Part shown: positions 1-11,719 of the stretch, piece by piece
Layout of the letters: every line of letters begins with the position of its first letter
Numbering within the stretch: the stretch's first letter is position 1
From: Antedon mediterranea
Lineage: Eukaryota; Animalia; Echinodermata
Direction of reading: 5' to 3'
Assembly: GCF_964355755.1 (NCBI RefSeq)
Contig: NC_092680.1
Location: 9,300,001 to 9,364,000, forward strand
Length of the DNA stretch: 64,000 bases
Position numbers and translations under genes: made by a program
The notes under the pieces: generated by a model
The model's database searches: none
What the model saw: the letters and a program-made list of their open reading frames with translations, nothing else
Told to the model about the DNA's origin: nothing

Positions 1-1915
1 TAGGCTGAAGGATCTTCTCTTGACTTCCTTCGGCTAGTTGGTGACTACTATTACTTCCCCACACATATACCTCTGTAGTTTCTGGTAAGATCACGTTGCT
101 AGTTTTCTCTTCAGGACAAGTGCAGGTCCTAGCATATTCTGACCCAAGGCGAGTGATCTTTAAAAAAAAAAAAAATTAATATTAAGTATGAAGGTCAGAT
201 TATCTAAACAATGATCCATGTCTATCATAGCTTTTGACAGACAGCTCAATGCAAATGTGCCTAAATGTTCTTTTATCCAGATTCCTAATTGCGGTGTATG
301 TATATTGCTCGTGTGCACTTTAAAGAACCTAGTACATCTTTCGAGACGAGTAGGGGGTTAACCCGGTGTACTAGTTGTGTCGTGGACAGACGTAATGGCG
401 CTGTAATTGGCTGCCGATGACACGATGAGAAGAATGTTGTTGAAAAGGTGTAACATCTAAGTCCACAGCGCTCTGATCTTCATGAAATAGTGCTATATAA
501 ATGTCGCAAATTACTATACATTAATTTTACAATAGAATCCGTATCAAAGGGCATCCATATTAGTAACAACCTTAAATAAATAATAAAAATATGTATGTAA
601 TGTAGTAATGAATTTTAATTTGTATTAATTGCACACTTACTTCTTCCAACAGGTATAATGCAGCTTTATATAATGGACACTGTCCAGTATCTTCTAAACC
701 ACTTGTTCCTCTGTCAGTCAAACAACCCTAAAATGAATAACAAGACGTATTACGCACATTTTAGTATTAAACCTAATTGAAGAAAAATTAAAAAAATATT
801 AAACAAATATTAATAATTAAACAGTGAAAGTAAAGATTATTATTTAATATCAAAAATTTTAATTAAATATTTTCCCCTCTAAAATAGTGTGTAATTCTGA
901 GTAGCAATCGAAAACACAATAATTTTATGTCAGTTAAAAAGCTTTTTAAAATCTAATATTTATGCACTAGACTTACCACAGCTTTTCGCATCTGACAAAT
1001 AACACTTAGATAAAATTCATATGAAATACATCCTGGTTTATAGCACGTAGAAGATCCATCAGTGGTGGTTGTAGTCGCAGTTGAAGCATTTAAAGCCATC
1101 TCAATCCAATCCAAAAGAAACTGTAAAGATCCACGTTGTACTGCCAAACCAAGTATCAACTCCGACGCCAACTGTTGCCCTTCAAGATCGGCTCCACAAC
1201 TGGGAACAGTTGTCGATTTCAAAAACCCTGTTACTTGTTTCAAACACTCAATGCCCAAGTTTGGAATTTTGCTTTCGTTGGCAAGTGAGAGAGGGGGCAG
1301 AGTAGCGACAACATCAATAGCAGTTCTAAGGACATCGTTACATAAATTTACTTGAGGTTGACTCTGTTGCAGTGGCTGCTGTTGAAACCAGTTCTGTCTA
1401 AGAAGAGCAAAGAGTAAACTTAGACCTGTGCGTACTCCCATTTCGACAAGAGCGTCTGTTCCAAAATTAACCTTTTGTAGGCAAGATTTATCATCTACTT
1501 TGTTTGATTGCGACTGCTGTAGCTTCTGTTCTTGTTTAACTTTTTCCTTATCATGAAATTTACTTGATATAGCGTAAAATACTCGTTGAAGGATGACAAG
1601 GCGCTTCTGAAGTCCCGAAGCGAAGGGAGAATCACTGCACACATTTCTCGCTAAACTTTGTTGATTATTTAAAAGTGCTTTTAGATAATGTTCCTGTTCT
1701 TCAAGGGATGGTGTCTCTCTTTCAAAATCTGGAAGATGTGGTCCTTGTAGGTGAACGCCTTGCCGTGGAAGACTTGATATTTCTTTATTTGTTTCCAGTC
1801 TTTCATAAAGTTTCTGGACACCATCTCGGCATGTGATCTCTCTCCAGTCTTCCATAATCCAGGAGGAATTAAGATGCTCCAACCATTTCAATTTCACAGG
1901 CATTGTTCCTGCCAT
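1..1915 (-). CDS. HERC1: Giant HECT/RCC1-like E3 ubiquitin ligase HERC1, N-terminal coding exons; the gene continues beyond the window start
   Basis: Exons 1915-977 (ATG at 1915, phase 0), 727-641 and 157-<1, all GT-AG and in frame. The translation MAGTMPVKLKWLEHLNSSWIMED...TDALVEMGVRTGLSLLFALLRQ...YKAALYLLEE|ITRLGSEYARTC...EVYVWGSNSSHQLAEGSQEKILQP matches the HERC1 N-terminus and the start of the RCC1-like domain. Confidence 0.95.
290..520 (+). mobile_element. 5'-truncated Deu/Nin-core SINE with an L2-like 3' tail
   Basis: gctcgtgtgcactttaaagaacctagtacatctttcgagacgagtagggggtta is identical to the core of the copy at 26714. The tail agcgctctga...tagtgctatataaatg resembles L2-type tails. Confidence 0.75.
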
Positions 1916-2049
1916 TTTAAATCAATAGATTAGCCTGGGAATTGACAGTAAGTTAAACATGCTGTTAGTGCACAAATTATTAATGAACATCTAACCTGTT
2001 AATTACTAAATATCTATATACACTGTAAGACATTTTAAAGGTATTATCA

Positions 2050-2393
2050 TTATTTTTATTTATTTTTTATTTATTCAACTTCTGACTAACACTGATAGTA
2101 AAGGATTGGGACCAACAGGTGGTAAACACCTCTAAAAACAGTCCAGTCACAATTGCACAGTGGCTGTGTGTGACATTGGCTGTGTTTGTGTGGACTCCAA
2201 CTCGTCTCAAAAGATTTACTAGGTTCTTTAAAGTGCACATGAGCTACAGTATATGTACACTGGACCTACGGTTTATAGTCCTTATCCGAGAAGATTCGTT
2301 CTACCACCAGAACCACAGAGATGGGAGCCTCAAACCCTTGCCAATGTTATGGCTACGTAATTACGGTTCCACTATCTTAACCGCTCGGCCACT
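2050..2393 (-). mobile_element. tRNA-headed Deu/Nin-core SINE
   Basis: The reverse complement gives a tRNA-like head (agtggccgagcggttaaga), the tctcggataaggactataaaccgtaggtcc core and an A-rich tail. Homologous to 26714-27034. Confidence 0.8.
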
Positions 2394-2585
2394 TATTTTA
2401 AAATAAAATAAATAGAATTTACAGCAGTATACTGTATGTAGATTAGGCCTACATGCATGACATTTTTTAGTTGGCACATTAAATCATACAACCATAAATA
2501 AAAGGTAATAAGGACATTGTCATTGCACACAGTAACATAACATAGTTCTAGCCTAGGTCTGATGTCAGAGGAAATCCGTCGTGCC

Positions 2586-2930
2586 TAATTTTGGTTGCGA
2601 TAAAATCAACTACCAGTATTTTGTATGGAGCGTTGCTAGATACGCTTTTTATCATTTATCATTATCGGTTAAGTTTGTTTCGATATCGGTCACCTTTTAT
2701 TTTGGTCGCTCTACTCTGTATAGGGGTGCACTAGATACATTATTGCTGTTTCTAGATGTTTTTAATTAAAACGCTCATTATGAATTAACTAGTTAATTTT
2801 ACTTTAAATTCATCTGAATATAGAAATATTGTGACAGAAGTAAAACGCGACCGATATCATCGAAGGATTTAGTTCTAGCGGCCCGCCATACAAAATGCCC
2901 AAAGTTGATTTTATTGCAGCCAAAATTAAA
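2586..2930. mobile_element. Palindromic MITE family (atacaaaatacc...gttgattttatcgcgaccgatttc motif)
   Basis: Inverted arms ttttggttgcgataaaatcaac...ttttgtatgg and ccatacaaaat...gttgattttattgcagccaaaa. Related pieces occur at about 6875-7290, 32720-32915, 60620-60750 and 62890-63063. Confidence 0.6.
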
Positions 2931-2940
2931 CAAGACACAT

Positions 2941-3030
2941 CTAGCTCGTGTGCACTTTAAAAAACCTCAAGACGAGTAGGGCCCAGGGGTTACCCCGGTG
3001 TATTAGTACATCACACTGATAACTGGGCCC
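2941..3030 (+). mobile_element. Deu/Nin-core SINE fragment
   Basis: gctcgtgtgcactttaaa...gacgagtaggg...ggggttaccccggtgtattagtacatcac matches 26867-26965. Confidence 0.65.
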
Positions 3031-3520
3031 TATAATATGCTTTATAATTAAATTTAGACTTACTGTAGTTACGCCTGGCCTAGGCCTTAGTAGGCGGAGA
3101 GAGGCTAAGTTTACTTTTCTATTAATTTATTTAAAATTAAATTTAAATGATCCATTTATTGAGACATTTGATATTTATAAATTAGGGGTACACTAGATTA
3201 GAAATAGTGAAAATCTATCACACTTATATAATTATAAAGAATATAAAGCTAGAGCCTAGCCTAGCCTCCATCTACACCACTCCCTTAGTTAGGGATAGAA
3301 CCGGATCCTATTCACAGTTATCAAGGCACGTCGTACGTCCACGTCCACGTTAAGGCCTAGGATAGTTAGCTACTAGCCTAGCTAGGCCTAGGCCTCCTAC
3401 TAGGTGGTTAGGGGCCTACTACAAGTACAAATGCTTACTAAAACCCTAGCAAAATAAGTTGTTTTTTTTATAAATCTCAATCATAATTTTAATAATGAAA
3501 TGTATCAATAATTTACTTAC

Positions 3521-3680
3521 AAGGTAGCTTATGCAATCTCATCCCTACAATTTACAGTCTTTGACACAGAGAAACTATCATCCGAAAACAGAACAAAACT
3601 ACAGCTGCAGCAGAAAAATCTGAGGAGAAAAACTGAGGGCGACATTTTAGGCACCACCTTCCTCCTTTCAGCATGACATC
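3521..3680 (-). other. HERC1: Putative non-coding first exon of HERC1 (5' end approximate)
   Basis: Perfect GTAAGT donor (acttac at 3515-3520) next to a GC-richer segment. The matching acceptor (ttcccag, 1935-1936) lies 19 nt before the ATG. Confidence 0.6.
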
Positions 3681-4662
3681 TATTTTTTTTAAATTTTTGT
3701 CAATAAATTTTATATTGTAATTAATTACTGTAGTTAACTTTATTATTTCGATTTTTAAATAATCACATACCAATTTCATGAGGTAAGCAAATTCGATCCA
3801 AGTTCTGCCCAATCTTTTACAAATAATAACAAATTTATAATATTAATTAATAATTTTTAAACTAAAAACAAATAACGATACCAATAACATGTGTATAATA
3901 CATTTATTAAAAAATTGCATTACATCACAAATAAGAATATATATATAAATTTGCTCCACCCCTTAAATTCGCACACTTTGGTAAATTCATTTATAGACCC
4001 TACAATTTCAGATAATCTCACCGCTAATTTTGGATTCTGTATAGTTAGTTAATATATCACAGGCATTCACGCCTTTTAAGTAATGAGATTGTTACAATAC
4101 AGTACTTGTTTGCAATGTGTCCATGTAACAATCATCTATACATTACAGTATATGAAAATATTCTAAATTCAAAATTGCATTATATTTTATAAATATACTG
4201 TAATATTATTGATTTATTTTTTCATTTTTCAAGAATATCAAATTATTTTGTATTAATAATTTAATAAAATGCCAATGTACAATATTACCTAAATATAAAC
4301 ATTTGTTTGCTAAAAACTGACTAAATAAATACAATATGAAGTTGTATAGTAAAATGTGAGGTACAATATGGCTTTTTTCTACTTCAAAAATGAATATTGT
4401 AGTATCTACAAAAGCAATACAAGAATAAACTACTTACTTTGTGAGTTAGTTTTTGTATTTAAAGGCACTAATTTTGTACAAAGAATGTTCTAAAATCTGA
4501 TTGTATTTTAGAGATGTATATTGTGTGTGATTAAAGAACGATACAATATCATACTAAATAAAACTTTTAATTTAAGCAGAATGAAAAAGAAAGAAAAAAA
4601 CTACAGTACTAAAATATACTTTGTTAAATATTAAATAATAACTCTGGTACAACACATAACAT

Positions 4663-6733
4663 TTAAAATGTCGGAACTCTCTGTACTACTCTTTCTGATG
4701 GGTGCTGATTGATGAAATCATCGATAAGTTCATTGACCTCGTATGGAGCCTCCAACATCACCATGTGACCTGCTTCTACAGTTTTCATTCTACAATCACA
4801 AATTGTCTACAAAAAAAAAGGAAACATTTTGTAATTTGCAAAAATATTAGCTAGCCGGGGGCAGGTATGGATGTTTGGAAAGGATTAGGTCCTCACAAGA
4901 TGGATGGATGGTTTCAAGGCTGGATCTGGTCCTACCATAAGGTGAAGAGGGTGTTATTCCTGGAAAAAAGAGTTAGGCTAGTTTGCCTATTTATCATCAC
5001 TGCCAACTAACCTCTATCATTTCATGTTCTTCATCAATGCCAATAAATTGATCTTGAGTGCCATATATAAGCAGAATAGGTGTGTTTAATGCAGCATGGT
5101 AGTTTCTGTCACCCTCAGCCCAATCCTGTCCATTCATCATTGCATGGAGAACACTTGCAGAAGCATTAAATGAGTTATTTTTGTCCAACTTGGCTTGCTG
5201 AGATGGATCTTTGAAGGCACGCCTATGGATTGAAAACATTTGATAATTTATAAATAAAACAATTGAATAATGGTTAAAACCTTTTTTTTTTAAGTGCTGA
5301 ATACATTTTTTTGCAAAAATGTCTTCAAAAAAAGATAAAAATATAAATAAAATAAATAAAATAAATAAAATCAGAGTTTGAACATGCCATTTTGCAGTTT
5401 TAATCAAGTTGATCACTTGAAAAAGCCAATTTGACGATTTTCTGCTTTAAAATACAGTGTTCATGTATATAATTGTTTATATCTTAATCCATTTTTTGGT
5501 CAAAGTGAATAAATATTATAAAATGTCATATTTCATCAAAAAAATCTACAATTATTTTTTTTCAGAGGGACAGATATATTTAAATATTCTAGAGGCATAC
5601 CACAAATTGTAGGGAGTTAATGTTCCATCTGTATCTTGTGTGGTCTTATTTACATTTAATATTGTTCAACATAATCAAGCACAAAAATAAACAAAAACAT
5701 CATATGTACCAATAACAACTCAATAATGAATCCATTAATGGGAAAGTTTAGGTTTCAACAGGATTACATTTATATTTGTTCAACAGTAATCAAGCACATA
5801 TCAAAAATTACTATCTAAAAATAGATAAAATTCATACTATGTAACATTAACAACTCACTTAATGAATCCATTGACAATCATCGGCTTTATACAGGACAAG
5901 ATAAAAGCTGGCAAGCAGAAGATCTGACAAGGCTGTGGCTTTAAAGATTGTGGACCACCACCACTAATTAGTATCACCTTAGATACCTGATTGCTTCTTT
6001 CATGAGCTAACTTTACACAGAACGAAGATCTGCAAATAAAAATAAATCTTATATCATAGTTAATTATAGAAAAATAATTATAATCACTCAGTGCAATAAT
6101 ATCATATTATACTGTGTCATAATCACTAAATCAATCAGCTAAATATAAACATAAAACATACCCATATGAGTGTCCAATCAAAATATTTTCTTCTTTGGCG
6201 AATGCATCGAATAGTACAAGCATATCTTCTGATAATTCTGAGAATGTGTACGCTTTTTTATGCTTAGGTGCACTACTCAATCCGTGACCTAATAAGTCTG
6301 GCACAACTATTTCATAATTTTCCTGATAGAAATACTCCACTTGATGCTTCCAGAGCTTGGCAGAACCTCCAACGCCATGGATAAAAAAAATCACAGGATT
6401 GGTCGATGAGGCAGAAGAAGCGTTTCCAGCATGATTGACTGTTTGTGAATCTGTGACAATTTGGTCTATGACTATATTTTCAGATGAACACCCATAACTG
6501 CATTTCGGAGGAATGTTTGATTTAGATTTGGTACTTTTGATGGCTTGGAATAAGCCATTTGATACACAATGATCAGGTTCAGGTGTTACGTGTTGCACCA
6601 TTATTTTGCGTCCTTCTCGTATTTCAATGTTTAATATATCACCATGGACTGATCCAACAGGATTCACTTGGTTTTTTCTACGCCATAGATGTTCATGTTT
6701 GTGTCCACTTTCGTCTTGAAGCATGGTTTGCAT
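4663..6733 (-). CDS. ABHD8: Alpha/beta hydrolase domain protein ABHD8-like (about 365 aa)
   Basis: Exons 6733-6162, 6029-5859, 5222-5012 and 4806-4663 (TAA), with consistent phases. Motifs FFIHGVGGS, GHSYG (nucleophile), ISGGGP, LHAMMNGQDWAEGD, YGTQDQF and GHMVMLE match ABHD8. Confidence 0.92.
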
Positions 6734-7426
6734 CCCACATCATACTGGTGATGTTTAATCATTTGATCTATCAGCACTTCCAGTTCTTCACCTTCACGTA
6801 TAATAAATATCTATCAAGTACAAAAATATGGCAGAATATTTGAATCATGGAGAAACATGAAATTGGTTGTGTTTGAAATTGGCTGTGACAATTTTGTATA
6901 GAGCGCTGATGTGGCCTAAGAGGCCTGGATTACAATGATATCGGTCAAGCTTTAAATCGTTCGCTCTATTTTGTATGAGCAATTTTTAAAACGATTTTGA
7001 AAATGAAAACACAAATTATTATAAAATACCGATCAATCAAGGTTTAAACAAATGTCAATAGTATTATAGAATTTCTATAGTATTCAAAATTAATAACTAA
7101 AACATAATAAACGTTTTTATTAAAAAACGGCGATAATTACTAAATATATAATCACAAATTAGCGCGAACAAAATAAAACGTGACCGATTCAAACGTAACT
7201 AGGCCTAGCCTATACTAGTAATATGATAATTGATATAAAGCGCATCTACAAAATACCGGATATTGATTTTATCGCGACCGATTTCATCCAACACTGGAGG
7301 GCTATTATTTATACGCCTATCTATGCTAGGCCTTACTGTATTTTGAGTTTGAATGGGGAGAGAGGCATTCATTCTCTCTCTCTCTCTCCCACCACCTCAG
7401 ACTGTCCTGTGAAGTGTATGATGGTA

Positions 7427-10400
7427 GGGTGTGTCGAAAGCGAAGACCTCGAAAACGAAGATCGAAGACCGAAGACCTCGAAAGCGAAGACCCTACGAAA
7501 TGGTAGTGTACACAAAATCGGACCAAAATCACACACAACTGATGATAACACCTTGAATTTACAGATTCTAAAAAAATATTTCGATTTTAATCGTTATGTT
7601 ATAAAAAAACATGACTTTATCTATGAACAAGCTCACGTGTATTCAATGGAGTTAATATGTGATATGGTTTTACGAACAAACACATCGCGCTATTTGCAAG
7701 GCGACAGACGCACAAGAAGGACATCGCACAGAGCATTGAATATTGAATGCAATGCCTACAATTTAAAACCATAGCCAAATTGTATAGAAAAGTATAGAAA
7801 TAAACTACAAATATGTAAATTATAAGAAGTAAAGGATGGCGATAGCCCTATTTAGGCTAATTTTAGAGCCTATATAAAAAGTGTCCGTATCATAGATTTT
7901 ACACTTGTTTTAAAAAATGTTATAGCCTACGCGTGAATACAACTTAGAGATCCTTTTTTTTTTGCATTTAAATATGTTGATATTATGTTTATTATCTATA
8001 ATATTTGCATATTATCCAAAATGTATGAATAAATACAATAAGATATTTATTTTCCTTTAATTATTCTGTATAGTATTTTAAACGTTTACATTTTCCCCAT
8101 TTTAGCCTATACTGCAGTATTGCTGATTTAATTATTCGCCAGTTTAAAAATGTTTTTCTAATAATAATGGACAAATAATATTATCAGTACGGTATCGGTT
8201 AGTGTGATTGGTGAAGCGACAGTAATATGTAAAGAAGAAAAATGTAAAAAGTAAAATAAATATTTCATTAACCAACGTATGAACCACTAAACTAACTAAC
8301 AAAAACATCCTGCCACAACGTATCGTATTGACGCGCAACATAAGAAAATACTCTATTTTGCATCCACTCACGAGAGAATCATTACGATGAACGTAAGGCA
8401 TAAACGGTGTTGAACACGTCGGTTCCCACTTGTGAGGACACGCAAGTTTGTTCTTAATGCGCACTTTGCGTGGATCTGGAAACTAATTCCAGCTCTTAAA
8501 ATATTTCCAGGCCAAATTTGACAGAACATATTCAAATTATGATTTGACAAAAAGCTAAAAAGAACGAACGATAGGAATCATCGTTCTGCAAATGTTGGTT
8601 ATAATCGATCGTTTCCTGCGACATATCATCTGTTTCACGGCTTCCATAATTCAGAATATCATTTAATTATGCCATTATGTCATCGTTAACAAAGACAAAA
8701 GTCATTCAAAACAAAGATTGAAATAAAAAATATTCGCTCCAAAATTGTCGATTTTGTTACGGTTGCAATGTGATTAGTGACGATATTAAAACGGGTGTTT
8801 ATTTATATTGGTATTACGTTTACCGACACTGTCAAAAGACATGTTTAATGAAGTTCCAGTTCCGCCAACCACAATTGTCCTCATCATGAAAGTAAAAAAA
8901 AAAGAAACTGACTTCTGAAGCATTGCCCGTGGTGAATACAAAAAAAAGAGTTACTCTCTATACATGTCTTTATTAAGGATGGTGAATTTTTATCGGGCTT
9001 AACCACTCTAACCCCAACCTTCTATCTCACAGGCTTGTGGATGAGACGACTATTCAACAGTCTCCCGATTTTCAACAGATTGTCGACGTCCCGCTTCTAA
9101 ATGTTTGCATATCCCTGCCATTAGTCTCCATTAACAAAAGAAAAAAAAATTTTAAAAAATTGAAGAAACAGGTTACCGGTTGTATAATGACCATTTAAAT
9201 ATAGAATTGACACTAAACAAACAAATCTAAGAGAATTATACTATTATAACGGGTTAACGATCGAGCAAAATCTTCAGAATGTGATGCCTATCGTTCGTTC
9301 TCTACAGTAGGCCTATTAGCCTTTTGTCAAATCATAATTTGAATACAGTATAATTTTTGATTTAACAATAAAAAGATATAAAATAAGTTCCGTTACTTCA
9401 CGGTAAGCTATTGGGACGACTGTCATCGGCCCAGGAAATATTTTAAGAGCTGAAATTTGTTTTCAGATCGACGCAACGTATCCACGCAAAGTGCGCCGTA
9501 ATGCGTGGTTCCCACTAGCGACGCAACACAAGGACGTAACGCAACGCAAGTGAATTGACCAATCACAAGCGATGGCTTATTCGCTTGTGATTGCTAACTG
9601 TCTATAACTTCGCTTGTCATTGGTTAAAACGCTTGCGTTGCGTGTACATTCTTGCGTTACGTTCTAGTGGGAACCAAGCTTAAGGAAATAACCTTGCGTG
9701 TCATCACAAGTGGGAATCGACGTGTTCAACACACCGTTTCTGCTTTACGTTCATCATAATGATCTTTTCGATCGTGAGGGGATGCAAAATAGATAGATGA
9801 GTATTTCCTTTACGATACGTTGTGGCAGGATTTTTTTTTTAGTGGTTTATACGTTAGTTAATGAAATATTTATTTTCCTTTTTAAATTTTTCTTTACATA
9901 GTAGGCCTACTGTCGTTTCACCAACCACACTAAATATTCTGATACTGATATATTATTTGTCTATTATGAATACATTAGAAAACATTTTGAAACTGGCGAT
10001 TAAGTAAAACAGCAATAGTAGTATACAATGGGAAAATGTAAAAGTTTAAATACAATACAGGAAAATGAATATCTTATTGTATTTATTTATACATTTAGAT
10101 AAAGTACAATAGGCAAATATTATAAGATAAAAAACACATAGCAACATATAAAATCAAAATACGGACACTTTTTATATAGGCTCTAAAATAAGCCTAAAAA
10201 AAGTCTACAGCCATCCTTTACTTCTTACAATTTACTTTTATGTAGTTTATTTCTATACTTATAAACAATTGGCTATGGGTTTAAATTGTAGGCGACGTGT
10301 GCTACAAAGTTATCGGAACAAAAGTGACATTTAATTTTGCATTCAATATTCAATGCTCTGTGCAAGGTCCTTCTTGTGCGTCCGTCGCCTTGCAAATAGC

Positions 10401-10664
10401 GCGATGTGTTTGTTCGTAAAACCATATCACATATTAACTCCATTGGTGAAAACGCGTGAGCCTGTTCATAGATAAAGTCATGTTTTTTGATAACGTAACA
10501 AATAAAATCGAAATATTTTTTTAGAATCTGTAAATTCAAGGTGTTATCACGATTTTTTATGATTTTGGTCGGATTTTGTGCACACTACCATTTCGTAGGG
10601 TCTTCGCTTTCGAGGTCTTCGGTCTTCGATCTTCGCTTTCGAGGTCTTCGCTTTCGACACACCC
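7427..10664. mobile_element. 3.2-kb non-autonomous foldback (Mutator-like) element with about 1.2-kb inverted arms and a 10-bp TSD
   Basis: Ends are GGGTGTGTCGAAAGCGAAGACC and GGTCTTCGCTTTCGACACACCC. TATGATGGTA is duplicated at 7417-7426 and 10665-10674. The arms align from 7427 to about 8615 and from about 9255 to 10664. Confidence 0.9.
9502..9680. mobile_element. PIF/Harbinger-type MITE nested in the right arm of the foldback
   Basis: TIRs tgcgtggttcccactag and ctagtgggaaccaagct, flanked by TAA (9499-9501 and 9681-9683). Absent from the homologous position in the left arm (about 8455). Confidence 0.85.
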
Positions 10665-10976
10665 TATGATGGTACGTATGAGATGAGCAGAGGACATGCT
10701 ATGATGCTAGCCTCTAGCTAGTAATTAGGCCTAGTACTGTTAGGCCTAGGCTAGGCCTACTTTCTACTCGATCCTAGTAAGTAGTAGGAGGCTACTACGT
10801 ACTAGCTAGCCTAGCCCCCCCCCCCCCCCCCCTCTCCTAGCTAAAGCCTGGCCCTAGTGGTAGTAGTAGGCTAGCTAGAGCCTAGGGGGATGCTAGTAGG
10901 GAGGGGGATGCTAGTAGGGAGGGGGATGGCCTTTTTAAAGCTCCATTGTAATCATTGTATATATTTATATCCCTAC

Positions 10977-11170
10977 CTGATAACCTACTAGCCCAACATC
11001 ATCATTCTCGAACTACCATTTACCTTGTTACAATAACAACTGTCATGAATAAATTATGAGCCATAAATCGATAATTGACTTGTTTGTGTGTTCATCATAC
11101 ATAATGTTGGTGTGTTGTGGACGATGGAGAGGCCATCATAGTCGATTGTTTGTTAACAACAACCAATCAG
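10977..11170 (-). promoter_or_regulatory. ABHD8: Putative ABHD8 non-coding exon 1 and promoter
   Basis: CAG|GTAGGG donor at 10976, acceptor at 6811-6812 upstream of the ATG exon, and a CCAAT motif (aaccaatcag) at 11161-11170. Confidence 0.45.
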
Positions 11171-11414
11171 CGGTGGCGCCAGACTCTTAGCAACAGTGTA
11201 GCAATTAATTTAAAACAAAATTACTATTTAATTATACACAGTATTGGTGTCTGGCAGCCTGGCTAAAAAAATTACATAAACTGCTCATGTTTAAAAAAAA
11301 GTTGGTTGTTTGACACACTGATTTCAAATATTAATAAATTCAGCTTATTGAACCAACTATGAAGAGTTTAAAAAAAAAAAATATATATATATATCAATAT
11401 ATTTGAAACGATAA

Positions 11415-11719
11415 TGAGGAAATCTGTGAGAATGAGAAAAAGTCGCCCCAACCGAGACTCCATCCCGCCTCGTGAATAAAAATACTGTAAGATGAGGGCG
11501 TATCAATTTGATCTCTGTTGCGCGTGTGTACAACTGAGGACTAGTGCTGTTCCGCCGTACCACGCCGAGAATGTTAAAGAGTCGCTATCCAATTGAGTTT
11601 GAACAATACCATGAAAGCCCCAGTGGTCTAATGGTTAGGGCAACTGCATATCAAGCAGGCGGTCCAAGTTCGAGTCTCAGTTGGGGCGACTTTTTCTCAT
11701 TCTCACAGATTTCCTCATC
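11415..11719. mobile_element. Inverted-repeat element whose arms include tRNA-like sequence
   Basis: atgaggaaatctgtgagaatgagaaaaagtcgccccaaccgagactc (11415-11460) is the near-perfect reverse complement of 11672-11719. Confidence 0.75.
11617..11688 (+). pseudogene. tRNA-like sequence, anticodon ATC (Asp-like), probably element-derived
   Basis: 72 nt. Acceptor stem GCCCCAG/TTGGGGC, A box TGGTCTAATGG, anticodon arm CTGC-ATATCAA-GCAG, B box GTTCGAGTC, then TTTTT at 11691. The T-stem is mispaired. Confidence 0.65.

Noticed and set aside
7223-10539. ORFs 7223-7774 (+) and 10273-10539 (-) encoding near-identical peptides
   Set aside because: They are the two arms of one foldback element. There are no recognisable domains, and the arms differ by indels.
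11617-11688. Functional tRNA or TCA (Sec/suppressor) tRNA
   Set aside because: The 7-nt loop centres on ATC, not TCA. The T-stem and top anticodon pair are broken and there is no long variable arm.
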